The position numbers and the translations under genes were made by a program. The notes beneath the pieces are model-generated. The model was given only the letters and a program-made list of their open reading frames with translations, made no database searches and had not been told where the DNA came from. Of a stretch of DNA of 64,000 nt, positions 9,268 to 19,201 are shown in pieces. The stretch's first letter is position 1. The number at the start of each line of letters is the position of its first letter. Origin of the DNA: an uncultured SAR86 cluster bacterium (GTDB taxonomy: Bacteria > Pseudomonadota > Gammaproteobacteria > Magnimaribacterales > D2472); the NCBI GenBank assembly GCA_902513515.1, contig CABXNE010000001.1, forward strand, positions 41,102 to 105,101, in the 5' to 3' direction.

Positions 9268-10508
9268 TCTAGCTCTTTAAATTCTACAAATGCCTCGGCC
9301 CTTGTGGTGCGAAGAGTATTTTCTAATTCTTCATCAAATTTCCTAGCAAATAGAATCCCGTAAGCTCTGTCTTTGATAACCTCCTCAGTTAAGTCTTCTG
9401 TTCTGGTATCAAGCACTTGAAGGAAATGAAAGCCAAATTCAGACTCAAAAACAGGAGAAATTTCATTGACCGGAGATCCAAGCATCATTTTCTCAAAAGC
9501 TGGAGCAGTTTGACCTAAGCTGAGCCAATCTAAATCACCACCTCGACTTGCTGAGCCAGGATCCTCAGAATATTCTTTAGCTAGTAGGCTGAAATCTTCT
9601 CCAGCTAGGACTTTTTCCCTCACTTCTTCCAGCTCTTTCTTTGTAAACGTTTCGTCCCTTAATTTTGTTGTCATCATTAATATATGTCGAACATTCCATT
9701 GCTCCTCAAAGCGAACAAGATCACCACGTTTATCTTCAAGCTTCAATATGTAATAACCTGAACCACCTTTTAATGGAGGAGATATGTAACCTTTTTTCTT
9801 ACTTTTAAGAGCATCTGCGAATAAACTTGGCAGATCAGCATGATTTCTCCACCCCATTTCACCACCAGAGGAAGCATTACTGCTTGTGGACTTTTCTTTG
9901 GCTAGGCTTGCAAAATCTGCACCATTTTTTATTTCTGCTATAAGCGAGTCTGCTTTATTTTGATCTGAAACAAGAATTTGACGAACAAATAGATCAGGAG
10001 ATAATTCTTTTACAGCTCCCTCTGTTGCTAAGAAACCATCTAATTCCTGTTCGGTAATATCTACTTTTCTTCCAACTCGACCTCTTTGAACTCTTTGAAT
10101 AATCATCTCTTTTCTAACTTGTGACCTTAGCTCTTCATAGGATTCGCCCTCAGCTTCTAATGTTTTTATAAATTCTTCAAGAGATAATCCATTGCTTTGT
10201 GCAATATTCTCAAATGCCTGATTTAATTCCCCATCACCAACTCTTATACCAGCCTGTTTGCCCATTTGTAATTGTAATTCTTCTATGATGAGTCGTTCTT
10301 GGACTTGTTCCAACATCACTTCTTGAGGCGGCATGGGGGCACCTTGTTCTTGATATCTTTTTTCTATGTTTTCAAGCATGTTCTTAACTTGTGATTCAAG
10401 GACAACCCCTTCACCCACAATAATTGCGACTCTATCAAGGATTTCAATTTTTGCATTCACTGGCAGCGTGATTATTATTGATAAGGCAATGTAAATATAT
10501 TTTTTCAT
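9264..10508 (-). CDS. surA: Periplasmic chaperone/peptidyl-prolyl isomerase SurA
   Basis: 414 aa. Signal peptide, N-terminal SurA domain, two parvulin-like segments (HILV/HILM..GGEMGW/GGDLDW). Conserved lptD-surA-pdxA order. Confidence 0.9.
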   Translation of the reverse strand: MKKYIYIALSIIITLPVNAKIEILDRVAIIVGEGVVLESQVKNMLENIEKRYQEQGAPMPPQEVMLEQVQERLIIEELQLQMGKQAGIRVGDGELNQAFENIAQSNGLSLEEFIKTLEAEGESYEELRSQVRKEMIIQRVQRGRVGRKVDITEQELDGFLATEGAVKELSPDLFVRQILVSDQNKADSLIAEIKNGADFASLAKEKSTSSNASSGGEMGWRNHADLPSLFADALKSKKKGYISPPLKGGSGYYILKLEDKRGDLVRFEEQWNVRHILMMTTKLRDETFTKKELEEVREKVLAGEDFSLLAKEYSEDPGSASRGGDLDWLSLGQTAPAFEKMMLGSPVNEISPVFESEFGFHFLQVLDTRTEDLTEEVIKDRAYGILFARKFDEELENTLRTTRAEAFVEFKELD

Positions 10509-10590
10509 AATGGTTATTGTACTTAATTAAATGTTTACAGCGGCATTGAACAAGAAGAAAATTTGTTATTGACTAAGACGCTTTATTTCA

Positions 10591-12909
10591 TCAAAGGTTT
10601 GAGAAAGCATTAGAGAAAAACCTATTTATTCTTTTATTACCACCAGTTAACCCCTTCAGCTCAAACTCAAAATTAATCCTACTTTTATTTTCGATTTCAA
10701 TCATTTTACCCCAGTTAGCATAATGAAATTGTAAAGCTTGAAAATCAAGAAGATTATATTTAGACAATCTTTTATCTGATGCGTAGATTTTAAAAGCGAG
10801 ACAACAATTCTCATAACCAAAACCGAAATAAGTCTCTAAATTCTTCTTAGAATCTAAATCTTTACTTATCCCACCGATAAATTTATAGCCATTAGACATT
10901 AATTTCTCTATTGAGAATTCTGCGTAGTCCAATTCATTAGTATTATTCAAAAGGGGGATATTGCTTTGAAAGTTTCTTGAAAATGTCAGTCGCGTTTCTG
11001 GGAGTCTAATTTCTACTCCTGTCTTACCAAAATTAAGTGTATTTCTTTTTTGGGAATAGTTAGCTGCAAAATATGTTCTAACTCTTTTATTTTCAAAAGA
11101 TAAATTTGTACCAATTTGACTATCTTTTTCAATGGGCTGATTAAGCATCTCATTAATGACTCTGCTTGCTTCTAATTCATTTTTTTTGATTATTTGAAAA
11201 TTCAACCTTGTATCCTTATGCACCCTTTTTTGCCACTTCAATCTAGCAAGTAAAAACTCCGTATCAGGGACCCTGTCTTTACCAAAAAAATAACTTTCAT
11301 TTAACCCATTAAAATTCCCAAAATTGCGTTGATGAAGATCAAAAATTGGATCCATCGATTGATCTTTATAATTTGTTTTTTGATATACAAACTCAGGGAC
11401 CAAGAGTGAAAGGCCTTCTTTAGATGACTGCCTTAGGAAGGAGGAGATTTTTATTTCAATCTTTGGGATCGAGGCCGCCTTAGTATTACTTTTTGTATCA
11501 TCAAGGTTATATTTTTTATTTAACAGCAATCCATTTATTAATAGGTCAAAATATTTAAGATCATGAAGAGTTTCCACTCCAACCTCACTGATCAATCTTT
11601 TTCCAGTCTGATTAATCCCATAACTATTTATAGGCAGACGCTGATTTTTATTAAAGTCTGCATAATTTGCTTTAGCAAAATATGAAAGTGAAGGGCCGTA
11701 TTTCTTATATTCAAAATTTACTTCAGGTTTTTTGATGTACCCATTAGTTATGAATGGATTCAAGCTTTGAAAACCTTGCCGAATAATGTTAATTGATAAG
11801 TTATTTAGCAACATATTTACTGAAATGGACTGCGTTAGATAATGATCCCGTTGATTGGCTATGTTTGTATGGCTAGAGGGCAAATCCAGTAACACCATTG
11901 AGTCAGAAGATTTTGCCCAATCAATAGAAGTTGTAACGGTCGAAAAGTTTCTGTCCTCTTTCAAACGAAATGCCCATCTATCATTGTCATTACGATAATA
12001 TTCTTTCCTGAATTCTTTATCTTCTGGAAAGAATAGTAGATCAAAAAAATTAGCAGAATCTGAATCAGATTTAGTTAAATATCTATAATTTGCCTCCAAA
12101 CCGCTTCCTCTGTCTTTCAATACTCTTGGGGCGATTGTAAGATCAGATTTTTTAGATAAAACCCAGAAATATGGCAAATAAAGATCAACTCCATCAGACG
12201 TAAGACTCAATTCAGGCTCTAGAAAGCCGCTTAATCTTTCTGTTGTTGCAGGAAAGGGCAAGTAAGGGAGTTTTAAAATCGTTTTATCCAGGACTTTAAG
12301 AGTTAGATCTTCAATATGACCTCGATTTGATTCTTCATTGATAAGAATTGTTTTAGCTTTAATCTCCCAGCCCGCAGAGATATTATTGCAAGAGCTGAGA
12401 TTGGCATTTTCAAATTTAAGGCTTTGACCTAAACTCCCTTCCAATAACTGATATCGAATTAATAAATTTCTCTCTCTTAGATAGGCTTCTCCATTAACTA
12501 GTTGCAAGTTTCCAGAATCTTTTTCTAGGGAACCGCTCAAAAATTTGAAGTAGTTTTCAGAGTGATAAATATTCCCATTCTTTATATCTTTTACAAAATT
12601 TTGATTTTGAAGATAGGTTGCACTGGAAGCATTAATGCTTCCGCCATCAAATCCAATCAAAACATTCTTATTAAGTATGACAGCTCCATTTGACTGAATA
12701 TCTATCGTCCCAGCATCAATAGAACCAGATTCATATTCATTATTTAGCTTGGGATAGCCTGGATTTGCGCAACCTTCAAGTTGTTGAAGATTCAATGAAA
12801 TTGGTTCATTGAAAGCAGCTGCACTTAATTGATGATTAGCAAAGATTATAAAAAGAAATATAAATAAGTTCTTTTTAGGGTGAGTTTTTAGTTCAGTAAA
12901 TTTCAACAA
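10591..12909 (-). CDS. lptD: LPS-assembly outer membrane protein LptD
   Basis: 772 aa. Signal peptide; large beta-rich protein sitting directly upstream of surA in the conserved lptD-surA-pdxA-rsmA-apaH cluster. Confidence 0.8.
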   Translation of the reverse strand: MLKFTELKTHPKKNLFIFLFIIFANHQLSAAAFNEPISLNLQQLEGCANPGYPKLNNEYESGSIDAGTIDIQSNGAVILNKNVLIGFDGGSINASSATYLQNQNFVKDIKNGNIYHSENYFKFLSGSLEKDSGNLQLVNGEAYLRERNLLIRYQLLEGSLGQSLKFENANLSSCNNISAGWEIKAKTILINEESNRGHIEDLTLKVLDKTILKLPYLPFPATTERLSGFLEPELSLTSDGVDLYLPYFWVLSKKSDLTIAPRVLKDRGSGLEANYRYLTKSDSDSANFFDLLFFPEDKEFRKEYYRNDNDRWAFRLKEDRNFSTVTTSIDWAKSSDSMVLLDLPSSHTNIANQRDHYLTQSISVNMLLNNLSINIIRQGFQSLNPFITNGYIKKPEVNFEYKKYGPSLSYFAKANYADFNKNQRLPINSYGINQTGKRLISEVGVETLHDLKYFDLLINGLLLNKKYNLDDTKSNTKAASIPKIEIKISSFLRQSSKEGLSLLVPEFVYQKTNYKDQSMDPIFDLHQRNFGNFNGLNESYFFGKDRVPDTEFLLARLKWQKRVHKDTRLNFQIIKKNELEASRVINEMLNQPIEKDSQIGTNLSFENKRVRTYFAANYSQKRNTLNFGKTGVEIRLPETRLTFSRNFQSNIPLLNNTNELDYAEFSIEKLMSNGYKFIGGISKDLDSKKNLETYFGFGYENCCLAFKIYASDKRLSKYNLLDFQALQFHYANWGKMIEIENKSRINFEFELKGLTGGNKRINRFFSNAFSNL

Positions 12910-12917
12910 TTAAAGTT

Positions 12918-13526
12918 TTAAGAGGACATTTCTTTAAGCTCTCTTAGGGTATCTTTTCCGTAAAACATTTCGTCTTCTACGAAAAATGTTGGAATCCCGA
13001 AAGCTCCTTTTTCAACGGCTTCACTTGTATTAGCAATTAGTTCTGCTTTGATCTCATCTTTAGAAATACTCTCAATAACAAGATCCGCACAACAGTCATT
13101 CTTAGTTAATAGTTCATGAAGAGCCTCTGGTGAATCCAGCTTAAGAGATTGCTCCCACAGTCCACTTAAAACTATTTCAACATAAGAATCAAAAAAATCA
13201 TTTTTTTGTGCAACTATTGCACCTCTAATAAGAGATATAGTATTGACGGGAAAATGCTCGTTCATTTTAAATTTTGTGATGTTGTGTTCTTTCATAAATC
13301 TATTGAAAGCAGTATCAAATTCATATTTAGATTTATTAGGAATTTCAGCCAAAGTGATCATAGGAGGCTGGTTATTCGATAGCTTCATGATGCCCCCCAA
13401 AAGACAGGGTATGTAGTTAAATTTTATGTCATGAGTTTTTTCAAGATTTTTGATTGCCTTGTGACATAGGTAGGCGTTTGGACTCGCAAAGTCAAAAATA
13501 AAATCTACATTCATAGTCGTCCTCAT
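12918..13526 (-). CDS. DsbA-family 2-hydroxychromene-2-carboxylate isomerase-like protein
   Basis: 202 aa. VDFIFDFASPNAY N-terminus and GAFGIPTFFV..E.F.G.D C-terminus are typical of HCCA isomerase/GST-kappa-like DsbA-fold proteins. An alternative ATG lies at 13514. Confidence 0.7.
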   Translation of the reverse strand: MRTTMNVDFIFDFASPNAYLCHKAIKNLEKTHDIKFNYIPCLLGGIMKLSNNQPPMITLAEIPNKSKYEFDTAFNRFMKEHNITKFKMNEHFPVNTISLIRGAIVAQKNDFFDSYVEIVLSGLWEQSLKLDSPEALHELLTKNDCCADLVIESISKDEIKAELIANTSEAVEKGAFGIPTFFVEDEMFYGKDTLRELKEMSS

Positions 13527-13617
13527 TTCTTATGCTTATAATAATTCTTTAACTTGCATCAACCAGTTTAAAAATGCAACATCAAGCAATAATTATTATA
13601 AAAGTTGGAGACATGAG

Positions 13618-14475
13618 ATGAGTTTAAAAGGCAGAGTCTTATTTATTACCGGTGGCAGCAGAGGAATAGGCCTTGAAATAGGTAAACGTGCAGCTAAAGA
13701 TGGTGCGAAGGTAGTTTTGGCAGCAAAAACAGCAGAACCGCATCCAAAGCTTCCAGGGACCATATATACTGCAGCAGATGAAATTGTAGCTGCGGGTGGT
13801 GAAGCATTACCCATTATTCTTGATGTGCGTGATGAGATTAATGTTAGAGAGGCTGTTGAACAAAGCGTTAGTCACTTTGGTGGAATCGATATTTGTGTGA
13901 ACAATGCATCTGCAATCTCACTGACTAGCACACCAGACACAGATATGAAACGATATGATTTAATGCATCAAATTAATGGCAGGGGAACATATTTAGTAAG
14001 CAAATATTGCATTCCGCATCTGAAACAATCTAATAATGCTCATATATTGAATTTAGCTCCACCTCTAGACATGAAGCCAAAATGGTTTGGCCCTCATTTA
14101 GCATACACAATGGCAAAATTTACTATGAGTATGTGTGTCTTAGGTATGGCTGAAGAATTGAAGTCCGATAGCATCGGTGTCAATGGTTTGTGGCCAAGGA
14201 CCGCAATTGCAACTGCTGCTGTTAAAAATGTTTTGGGCGGTGAAGAATTAATGAATATTTCTAGAACTCCAGAAATTATGGCGGATGCTGCATACGAAAT
14301 TTTTACTAAAGATCCATCAAGTTTCACTGGCAATTTTTGTATTGATGATCTGGTTTTATATGATGCAGGAATAAGAGATTTTTCTAAATACGCAGATGTT
14401 CCATTTGCTGAATTAGCCCCGGATTTCTTTTTGCCAGATGATACCCCCTTACCTTCGGAGATTGAAAATAGCTGA
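13618..14475 (+). CDS. SDR-family oxidoreductase, HSDL2-type (no SCP2 domain)
   Basis: 285 aa. ITGGSRGIGLEI, AAKTAEPHPKLPGTIYTAA, NNASAISL and YTMAKFTMS are near-colinear with my memory of the HSDL2 dehydrogenase domain. GGAG Shine-Dalgarno upstream. Confidence 0.8.
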   Translation: MSLKGRVLFITGGSRGIGLEIGKRAAKDGAKVVLAAKTAEPHPKLPGTIYTAADEIVAAGGEALPIILDVRDEINVREAVEQSVSHFGGIDICVNNASAISLTSTPDTDMKRYDLMHQINGRGTYLVSKYCIPHLKQSNNAHILNLAPPLDMKPKWFGPHLAYTMAKFTMSMCVLGMAEELKSDSIGVNGLWPRTAIATAAVKNVLGGEELMNISRTPEIMADAAYEIFTKDPSSFTGNFCIDDLVLYDAGIRDFSKYADVPFAELAPDFFLPDDTPLPSEIENS

Positions 14476-15436
14476 ATTCTCAAAAGCCAATATTCTTAAG
14501 TATGCTCAATCTTTTGATGAAGACCTAACATCATTAGAGCCTCTTAAAATAGAGGCAAGCGGAAGAAAATATTTTAGAGTTGCTTCTAAAGAATGCTCTT
14601 ATGTAATTTCTTATGATGATAGGCCAGTGAACGGCCAATTAGTTTTTATCAATCGGGCGAATGAACTATCAGACTGTAATGTTCGAGTTCCAAAGATCTT
14701 CCAATATGATATTGATAGCAATCTAACTTTAATAGAAGACCTTGGAGATCATTCTTTGATTGATGAAAAAAATTTTTATCAACAAGATAAGCTAGTTAAT
14801 TTATCCCTAGAACTTCTTAATCAAATGCATCAATCTAAGCATGTTGATTTGCACTCAACTTTTTGGATGGGCTTAGAATCGCATTCAAAAAGATTTTCAA
14901 AAGTTTTTTGTAAGGAATTCCTTGGCCTAGAGATGTTTGATGGGTACAAAGATCTTTATGTTGATATGAGACCTCAAATAATGGATCAACAATGGAGTAA
15001 TTGTCATTTTGATTTTGAAAGAAGAAATATCCACCTTTTAGATAATGGCGACCTTGCATTAATAGATTTTCAAGATATGTGTTTTGGGCCTATAGGGATT
15101 GATTTGGCAGGAATTCTGATCGATCATTATATTCCCTGTAAGCTTGATACAATAAGAAAATATTGCGACAGTTTTTCAGAGCTTTCCGTTTATGGTATAT
15201 CTACAGAAGATATTTTTAGAGCAACCTTATGGGGTGGCTTGCAAAGGAATTTAAGGATCATGGGGACCTTAACCGAACTTTATCTGAGATTAAATCGATC
15301 ATTTAGAATGCGTGATTTACCCCAAATAGTTTCTAACACGGCAATAATTTCTATGGAATTAAATCAAGTAAGCTTGGCGAATTTTCTTAATAATAATGTC
15401 TTGCAAGCTTTAGAAAATAAACTTGCTAACTTATGA
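14438..15436 (+). CDS. amgK: APH-fold phosphotransferase, anomeric MurNAc/GlcNAc kinase (AmgK)-like
   Basis: 332 aa. Kinase motifs HFDFERRNI and IDFQD. Directly followed (4-nt overlap) by a MurU-like nucleotidyltransferase and near lptD, as for amgK-murU in Pseudomonas. The start may instead be TTG at 14462. Confidence 0.65.
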   Translation: MIPPYLRRLKIAEFSKANILKYAQSFDEDLTSLEPLKIEASGRKYFRVASKECSYVISYDDRPVNGQLVFINRANELSDCNVRVPKIFQYDIDSNLTLIEDLGDHSLIDEKNFYQQDKLVNLSLELLNQMHQSKHVDLHSTFWMGLESHSKRFSKVFCKEFLGLEMFDGYKDLYVDMRPQIMDQQWSNCHFDFERRNIHLLDNGDLALIDFQDMCFGPIGIDLAGILIDHYIPCKLDTIRKYCDSFSELSVYGISTEDIFRATLWGGLQRNLRIMGTLTELYLRLNRSFRMRDLPQIVSNTAIISMELNQVSLANFLNNNVLQALENKLANL

Positions 15437-16104
15437 AAGCCATGATTTTAGCGGCCGGGCTAGGTTCAAGAATGAAGCCCATAACAGATAAGTTGCCTAA
15501 ACCACTTTTAGATGTGGGCGGTATTTCTTTGATAGAGCGATCGATAAATCAGTTAATTGCTTTTGGGGTGAATGAATTTGTAATTAATGTTTCTTATCTT
15601 GGAGATCAGATCAAGGAAGCCCTTCAGTCAATTGATACAATGCCTAAAATAATTTTTATAGATGAGCCCTTTCCTTATGGAACGGGCGGGGCATTGATTA
15701 ATGCTAAGGATTTTTTAGGAAGCGACCCTTTTATATTATCAACAGCAGACATTATTTTTGACCTATCTTTTCATCAATTACCCTCAACTGTTGAGGCAGC
15801 TCATTTAGTAGCAGTGAAAAATCCTGAACATAATCAAAGGGGAGATTTTTCAATAAAAGAAAACTCCGTTTTTATAAACGATGGAATAAATGATTTTACT
15901 TATTCAGGAGTATCAGTAATCAACCCTGATATTTTAGACATGCATCTATCAAGAGAGTATCCATTTGATCTTTGGAATACTATTTTGAAACCTTTGATTG
16001 CAAAATCTATGGTTAGTGCTCATTTTGATGATTCATTATGGATTGATGTAGGGACGGAGGATAGGTTAAAGCTTGCAAGGAAAGTTTTAAAAGATGAAAA
16101 TTAA
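15433..16104 (+). CDS. murU: Nucleotidyltransferase, N-acetylmuramate alpha-1-phosphate uridylyltransferase (MurU)-like
   Basis: 223 aa. MILAAGLGSRMKPITDKLPKPLL sugar-nucleotidyltransferase N-terminus. Coupled to the amgK-like gene. Confidence 0.7.
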   Translation: MKAMILAAGLGSRMKPITDKLPKPLLDVGGISLIERSINQLIAFGVNEFVINVSYLGDQIKEALQSIDTMPKIIFIDEPFPYGTGGALINAKDFLGSDPFILSTADIIFDLSFHQLPSTVEAAHLVAVKNPEHNQRGDFSIKENSVFINDGINDFTYSGVSVINPDILDMHLSREYPFDLWNTILKPLIAKSMVSAHFDDSLWIDVGTEDRLKLARKVLKDEN

Positions 16105-16774
16105 GAAGATGAACTCTAATTCTTTAATAGCGCCTTCGATCTTATCAGCAAATTTTGCCCGACTTGGAGAAGAGATTAATTCTGTAATGAAAGCTGGTGC
16201 AGACTGGATACATTTTGATGTAATGGATAATCACTATGTGCCCAATCTTACAGTTGGCCCAATGGTTTGTAGGTCATTAAGAAATGATGGCATAAAAGAT
16301 TTTATAGATGTTCATTTAATGATTGCTCCTGTAAACGATTTGGCTAAGAGTTTTGCAGATGCTGGTGCAGATCTCATCAGTTTTCACCCCGAAGCAGTTG
16401 ATGATGTTGCTGAGACAATCAATATTATTAAACAAAGCGGATGTAAAGTTGGTATCGCAATCAATCCAGATACACCTTTATCTGTTTTGAAAGACATTAT
16501 TGCTGAAATAGATCTTATTTTGTTAATGAGTGTTTATCCTGGATTTGGTGGCCAAGAATTTATTGAAGATACGATTGAAAAGATTTCTGAAGCAAAAAAA
16601 CTTATTGATCAACAAGATCATCAGATATTCTTAGAAGTTGATGGCGGCATCAATAACGAAACAATCTCAAGAGTTTCTAAGGCAGGAGCAAATGTTTTTG
16701 TTGCGGGTTCTGCTATTTTTGGATCATCAGATTATGAGAAAACCATTCAAGGCTTCCGTCAAAAAATTTCTTAG
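16094..16774 (+). CDS. rpe: Ribulose-phosphate 3-epimerase
   Basis: 226 aa. IAPSILSANFARLGEE, HFDVMDNHYVPNLT and DGGIN motifs. The start may be the ATG at 16109. Confidence 0.95.
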   Translation: MKIKKMNSNSLIAPSILSANFARLGEEINSVMKAGADWIHFDVMDNHYVPNLTVGPMVCRSLRNDGIKDFIDVHLMIAPVNDLAKSFADAGADLISFHPEAVDDVAETINIIKQSGCKVGIAINPDTPLSVLKDIIAEIDLILLMSVYPGFGGQEFIEDTIEKISEAKKLIDQQDHQIFLEVDGGINNETISRVSKAGANVFVAGSAIFGSSDYEKTIQGFRQKIS

Positions 16775-17162
16775 CTTCACATTAATTTCATTTTCTGCAA
16801 TTTCTTTTGCTAACCTGGAAATGAGTTTTGAGGGCAAAACCGCAAAGTTAAATTTAATTATTTCTAATACTGATGCTGCAAGGCGAAAGGGTTTAATGAA
16901 TCAATCTTTTTTAGAAAAAAATACTGGAATGCTCTTTATATGGCCATCAAGCAAGAAACAATGCATGTGGATGAAAAACACTTCGCTGCCACTCAGTGTC
17001 GCTTATCTCTCATCTGACGGAAGAATCTTAGAGATTTATGATATGGTCCCATTTTCTGAGGACTCAATCTGCTCCATGAAGAACGTTAGAATGGCGGTAG
17101 AGGTTAATCAGGGATGGTTTGCAAAAAATAAAATTTCTCTTGGAGATAAAATTAATCTTTAA
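16734..17162 (+). CDS. DUF192 (COG1430) family protein with signal peptide
   Basis: The track ORF runs 16638-17162. I place the start at the ATG at 16734 (MRKPFKASVKKFLSFTLISFSAISFA signal-like sequence). GLM..GMLF..MWMKNT..PL pattern of DUF192. Overlaps the rpe 3' end by 41 nt. Confidence 0.65.
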   Translation: MRKPFKASVKKFLSFTLISFSAISFANLEMSFEGKTAKLNLIISNTDAARRKGLMNQSFLEKNTGMLFIWPSSKKQCMWMKNTSLPLSVAYLSSDGRILEIYDMVPFSEDSICSMKNVRMAVEVNQGWFAKNKISLGDKINL

Positions 17163-17174
17163 TCAAGAAAATTC

Positions 17175-18641
17175 ATGATAACAAATAAAGAATACGAAAA
17201 TTTTAAAGATGCTGATTATAAAGTATTGCCTATGAGCAGAGAGATTGTAGCTCCCGGTGAAACCCCTTTGTCCTTATATTCAAAGATAGCTGATCAAAGA
17301 AATAATTTTTTATTTGAATCAGTTGAAGGAGGGGATAGGTGGGCTCAATATTCAATTATTGGATTTGGCTGCCTTGACACAATTAAAGTTTCTGGAAAAA
17401 AAATTGAAACAGTCATTGATGGAATTAAGGATATGTTTGAAGCTGAAAATCCTTTTCAAGCAATTGAAGGAATCATCTCAAAACATAACTCACCAAGCAT
17501 TGAAAATTTACCAAGATTTCATGGAGGTTATATAGGTTTTTTTGCATATGAAAGCGCCCAATATGCTGAGATTAAAATAGCATTATTACCTAGTAAAGAC
17601 TCTAAGTTTGAAGAGCATATGCCAGATATTATGCTTGTAAAAGCCGAGCAACTTATCATCTTTGATAATTTAAATAGCTCAACCCAAATTATTTTTAACG
17701 CAAATCTTGAGAATATGACTTATGAGTTTGCGCAATCAAAATTAGATGATATCGAAAGAACGTTAACTACGCCTGCAGAAAGCGTAGTTAAAAAATTTAA
17801 ACAAATTACAAATTTTTTTGAGTTCGAATCAAATTTTTCTAAAGAAGAATATTGTGATGCTGTAAACACTATTAAAAATTACATTGCGGAAGGCGATGTA
17901 ATGCAAGTTGTATTAGCACAGGATTTTTCAGCTAGCTTTGATAAAGACCCCTTTAATTTATATAAAGCAATACGAGAGTTAAATCCTTCACCCTACATGT
18001 ATTTTTTAGATTTAGATGAATGCCAGATAGTTGGAGCATCTCCCGAGATTTTAGTAAGACTCGAAGAGAATGAAATTAACTTAAGACCATTGGCAGGAAC
18101 CAGAAAAAGAGGGAAAAATCCTGAAGAAGACAAATCCAATGAAGATGATCTGCTCAATGATCCAAAAGAAATAGCTGAGCATTTAATGCTCGTTGACCTT
18201 GGAAGAAATGATGTAGGACGAGTTTCTGAAATTGGATCTGTTCTTGTTACGGATAAAATGATCATAGAGAAATATTCTCATGTAATGCATATAGTTTCGA
18301 ATGTGATGGGAAAGATCGCTGCTGGATTAAGTTATTTTGATGTACTTAAAGCTGCCTTGCCGGCAGGAACATTGTCCGGTGCTCCTAAAATAAGAGCAAT
18401 GGAAATAATTAATGAGTTAGAGCCAAGCTCGAGAGGTATATATGGCGGAGCAATAGGCTACATAGGCTGGAATGGAAATATGGATACAGCCATAGCAATC
18501 AGAACTGCGGTTATCAAAGATAAAACAATCCATGTAGGAGCAGGAGCAGGAGTAGTTGCTGATTCTGTTCCTGAAAATGAATGGCTAGAGTGCAGGCAGA
18601 AATCTAAAGTATTCATGGATGCCATGGAGATGATCTCATGA
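17175..18641 (+). CDS. trpE: Anthranilate synthase component I
   Basis: 488 aa. LFESVEGG, SPYMYF and GAIGYIGWNGNMDTAIAIRT chorismate-binding motifs. Confidence 0.95.
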   Translation: MITNKEYENFKDADYKVLPMSREIVAPGETPLSLYSKIADQRNNFLFESVEGGDRWAQYSIIGFGCLDTIKVSGKKIETVIDGIKDMFEAENPFQAIEGIISKHNSPSIENLPRFHGGYIGFFAYESAQYAEIKIALLPSKDSKFEEHMPDIMLVKAEQLIIFDNLNSSTQIIFNANLENMTYEFAQSKLDDIERTLTTPAESVVKKFKQITNFFEFESNFSKEEYCDAVNTIKNYIAEGDVMQVVLAQDFSASFDKDPFNLYKAIRELNPSPYMYFLDLDECQIVGASPEILVRLEENEINLRPLAGTRKRGKNPEEDKSNEDDLLNDPKEIAEHLMLVDLGRNDVGRVSEIGSVLVTDKMIIEKYSHVMHIVSNVMGKIAAGLSYFDVLKAALPAGTLSGAPKIRAMEIINELEPSSRGIYGGAIGYIGWNGNMDTAIAIRTAVIKDKTIHVGAGAGVVADSVPENEWLECRQKSKVFMDAMEMIS

Positions 18642-19201
18642 TTCTTGTAATTGATAACTACGACTCTTTTACCTACAACTTGGTTCATTATATTGGAGAG
18701 TGCAATCGTGAGGTTTTGGTAAAAAGAAATGATGAATTAACCATTGCTGAAATCAATTCTCTCAATCCCGAAAAAATTGTTATTTCTCCTGGTCCTTGTA
18801 CTCCAAAGGAGGCTGGAATCTCCGTAGAGATTGTTCAAGAATCTCAAGTTCCATTATTAGGAGTCTGCTTAGGCCATCAATCGATTGGCGCAGCATTTGG
18901 AGCTAAAATTATTAAAGCTCCTGAAGTCTTTCATGGTAAAAAATCCTATATCAATCATTCTAATTCAGCATTATTTCAAGATATTCCTAACCCATATTCA
19001 GTGGTCAGATACCATAGTCTAGTAATTGATAGCTTGACTTTGCCCAAAGATTTAAAGGTTACATCTACCATTGCTGATGAACCCACAATCATTATGGGGG
19101 TAGAGCATGTTACTAGACCCATATTTGGTGTTCAATTTCATCCTGAATCCATTGATACTGATCATGGCATGCAATTAATCAATAATTTTTTAAATATATG
19201 A
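18638..19201 (+). CDS. trpG: Anthranilate synthase component II (glutamine amidotransferase)
   Basis: 187 aa. ILVIDNYDSFTYNLV, GVCLGHQ (catalytic Cys) and VQFHPES motifs. 4-nt overlap with trpE. Confidence 0.9.
   Translation: MILVIDNYDSFTYNLVHYIGECNREVLVKRNDELTIAEINSLNPEKIVISPGPCTPKEAGISVEIVQESQVPLLGVCLGHQSIGAAFGAKIIKAPEVFHGKKSYINHSNSALFQDIPNPYSVVRYHSLVIDSLTLPKDLKVTSTIADEPTIIMGVEHVTRPIFGVQFHPESIDTDHGMQLINNFLNI

Noticed and set aside
16638-16733. 5' extension of the DUF192 ORF, which would overlap the last 137 nt of rpe.
   Set aside because: The extension (MMAASITKQSQEF..) has no signal-peptide or family character. The ATG at 16734 begins a typical signal peptide, so I moved the start.
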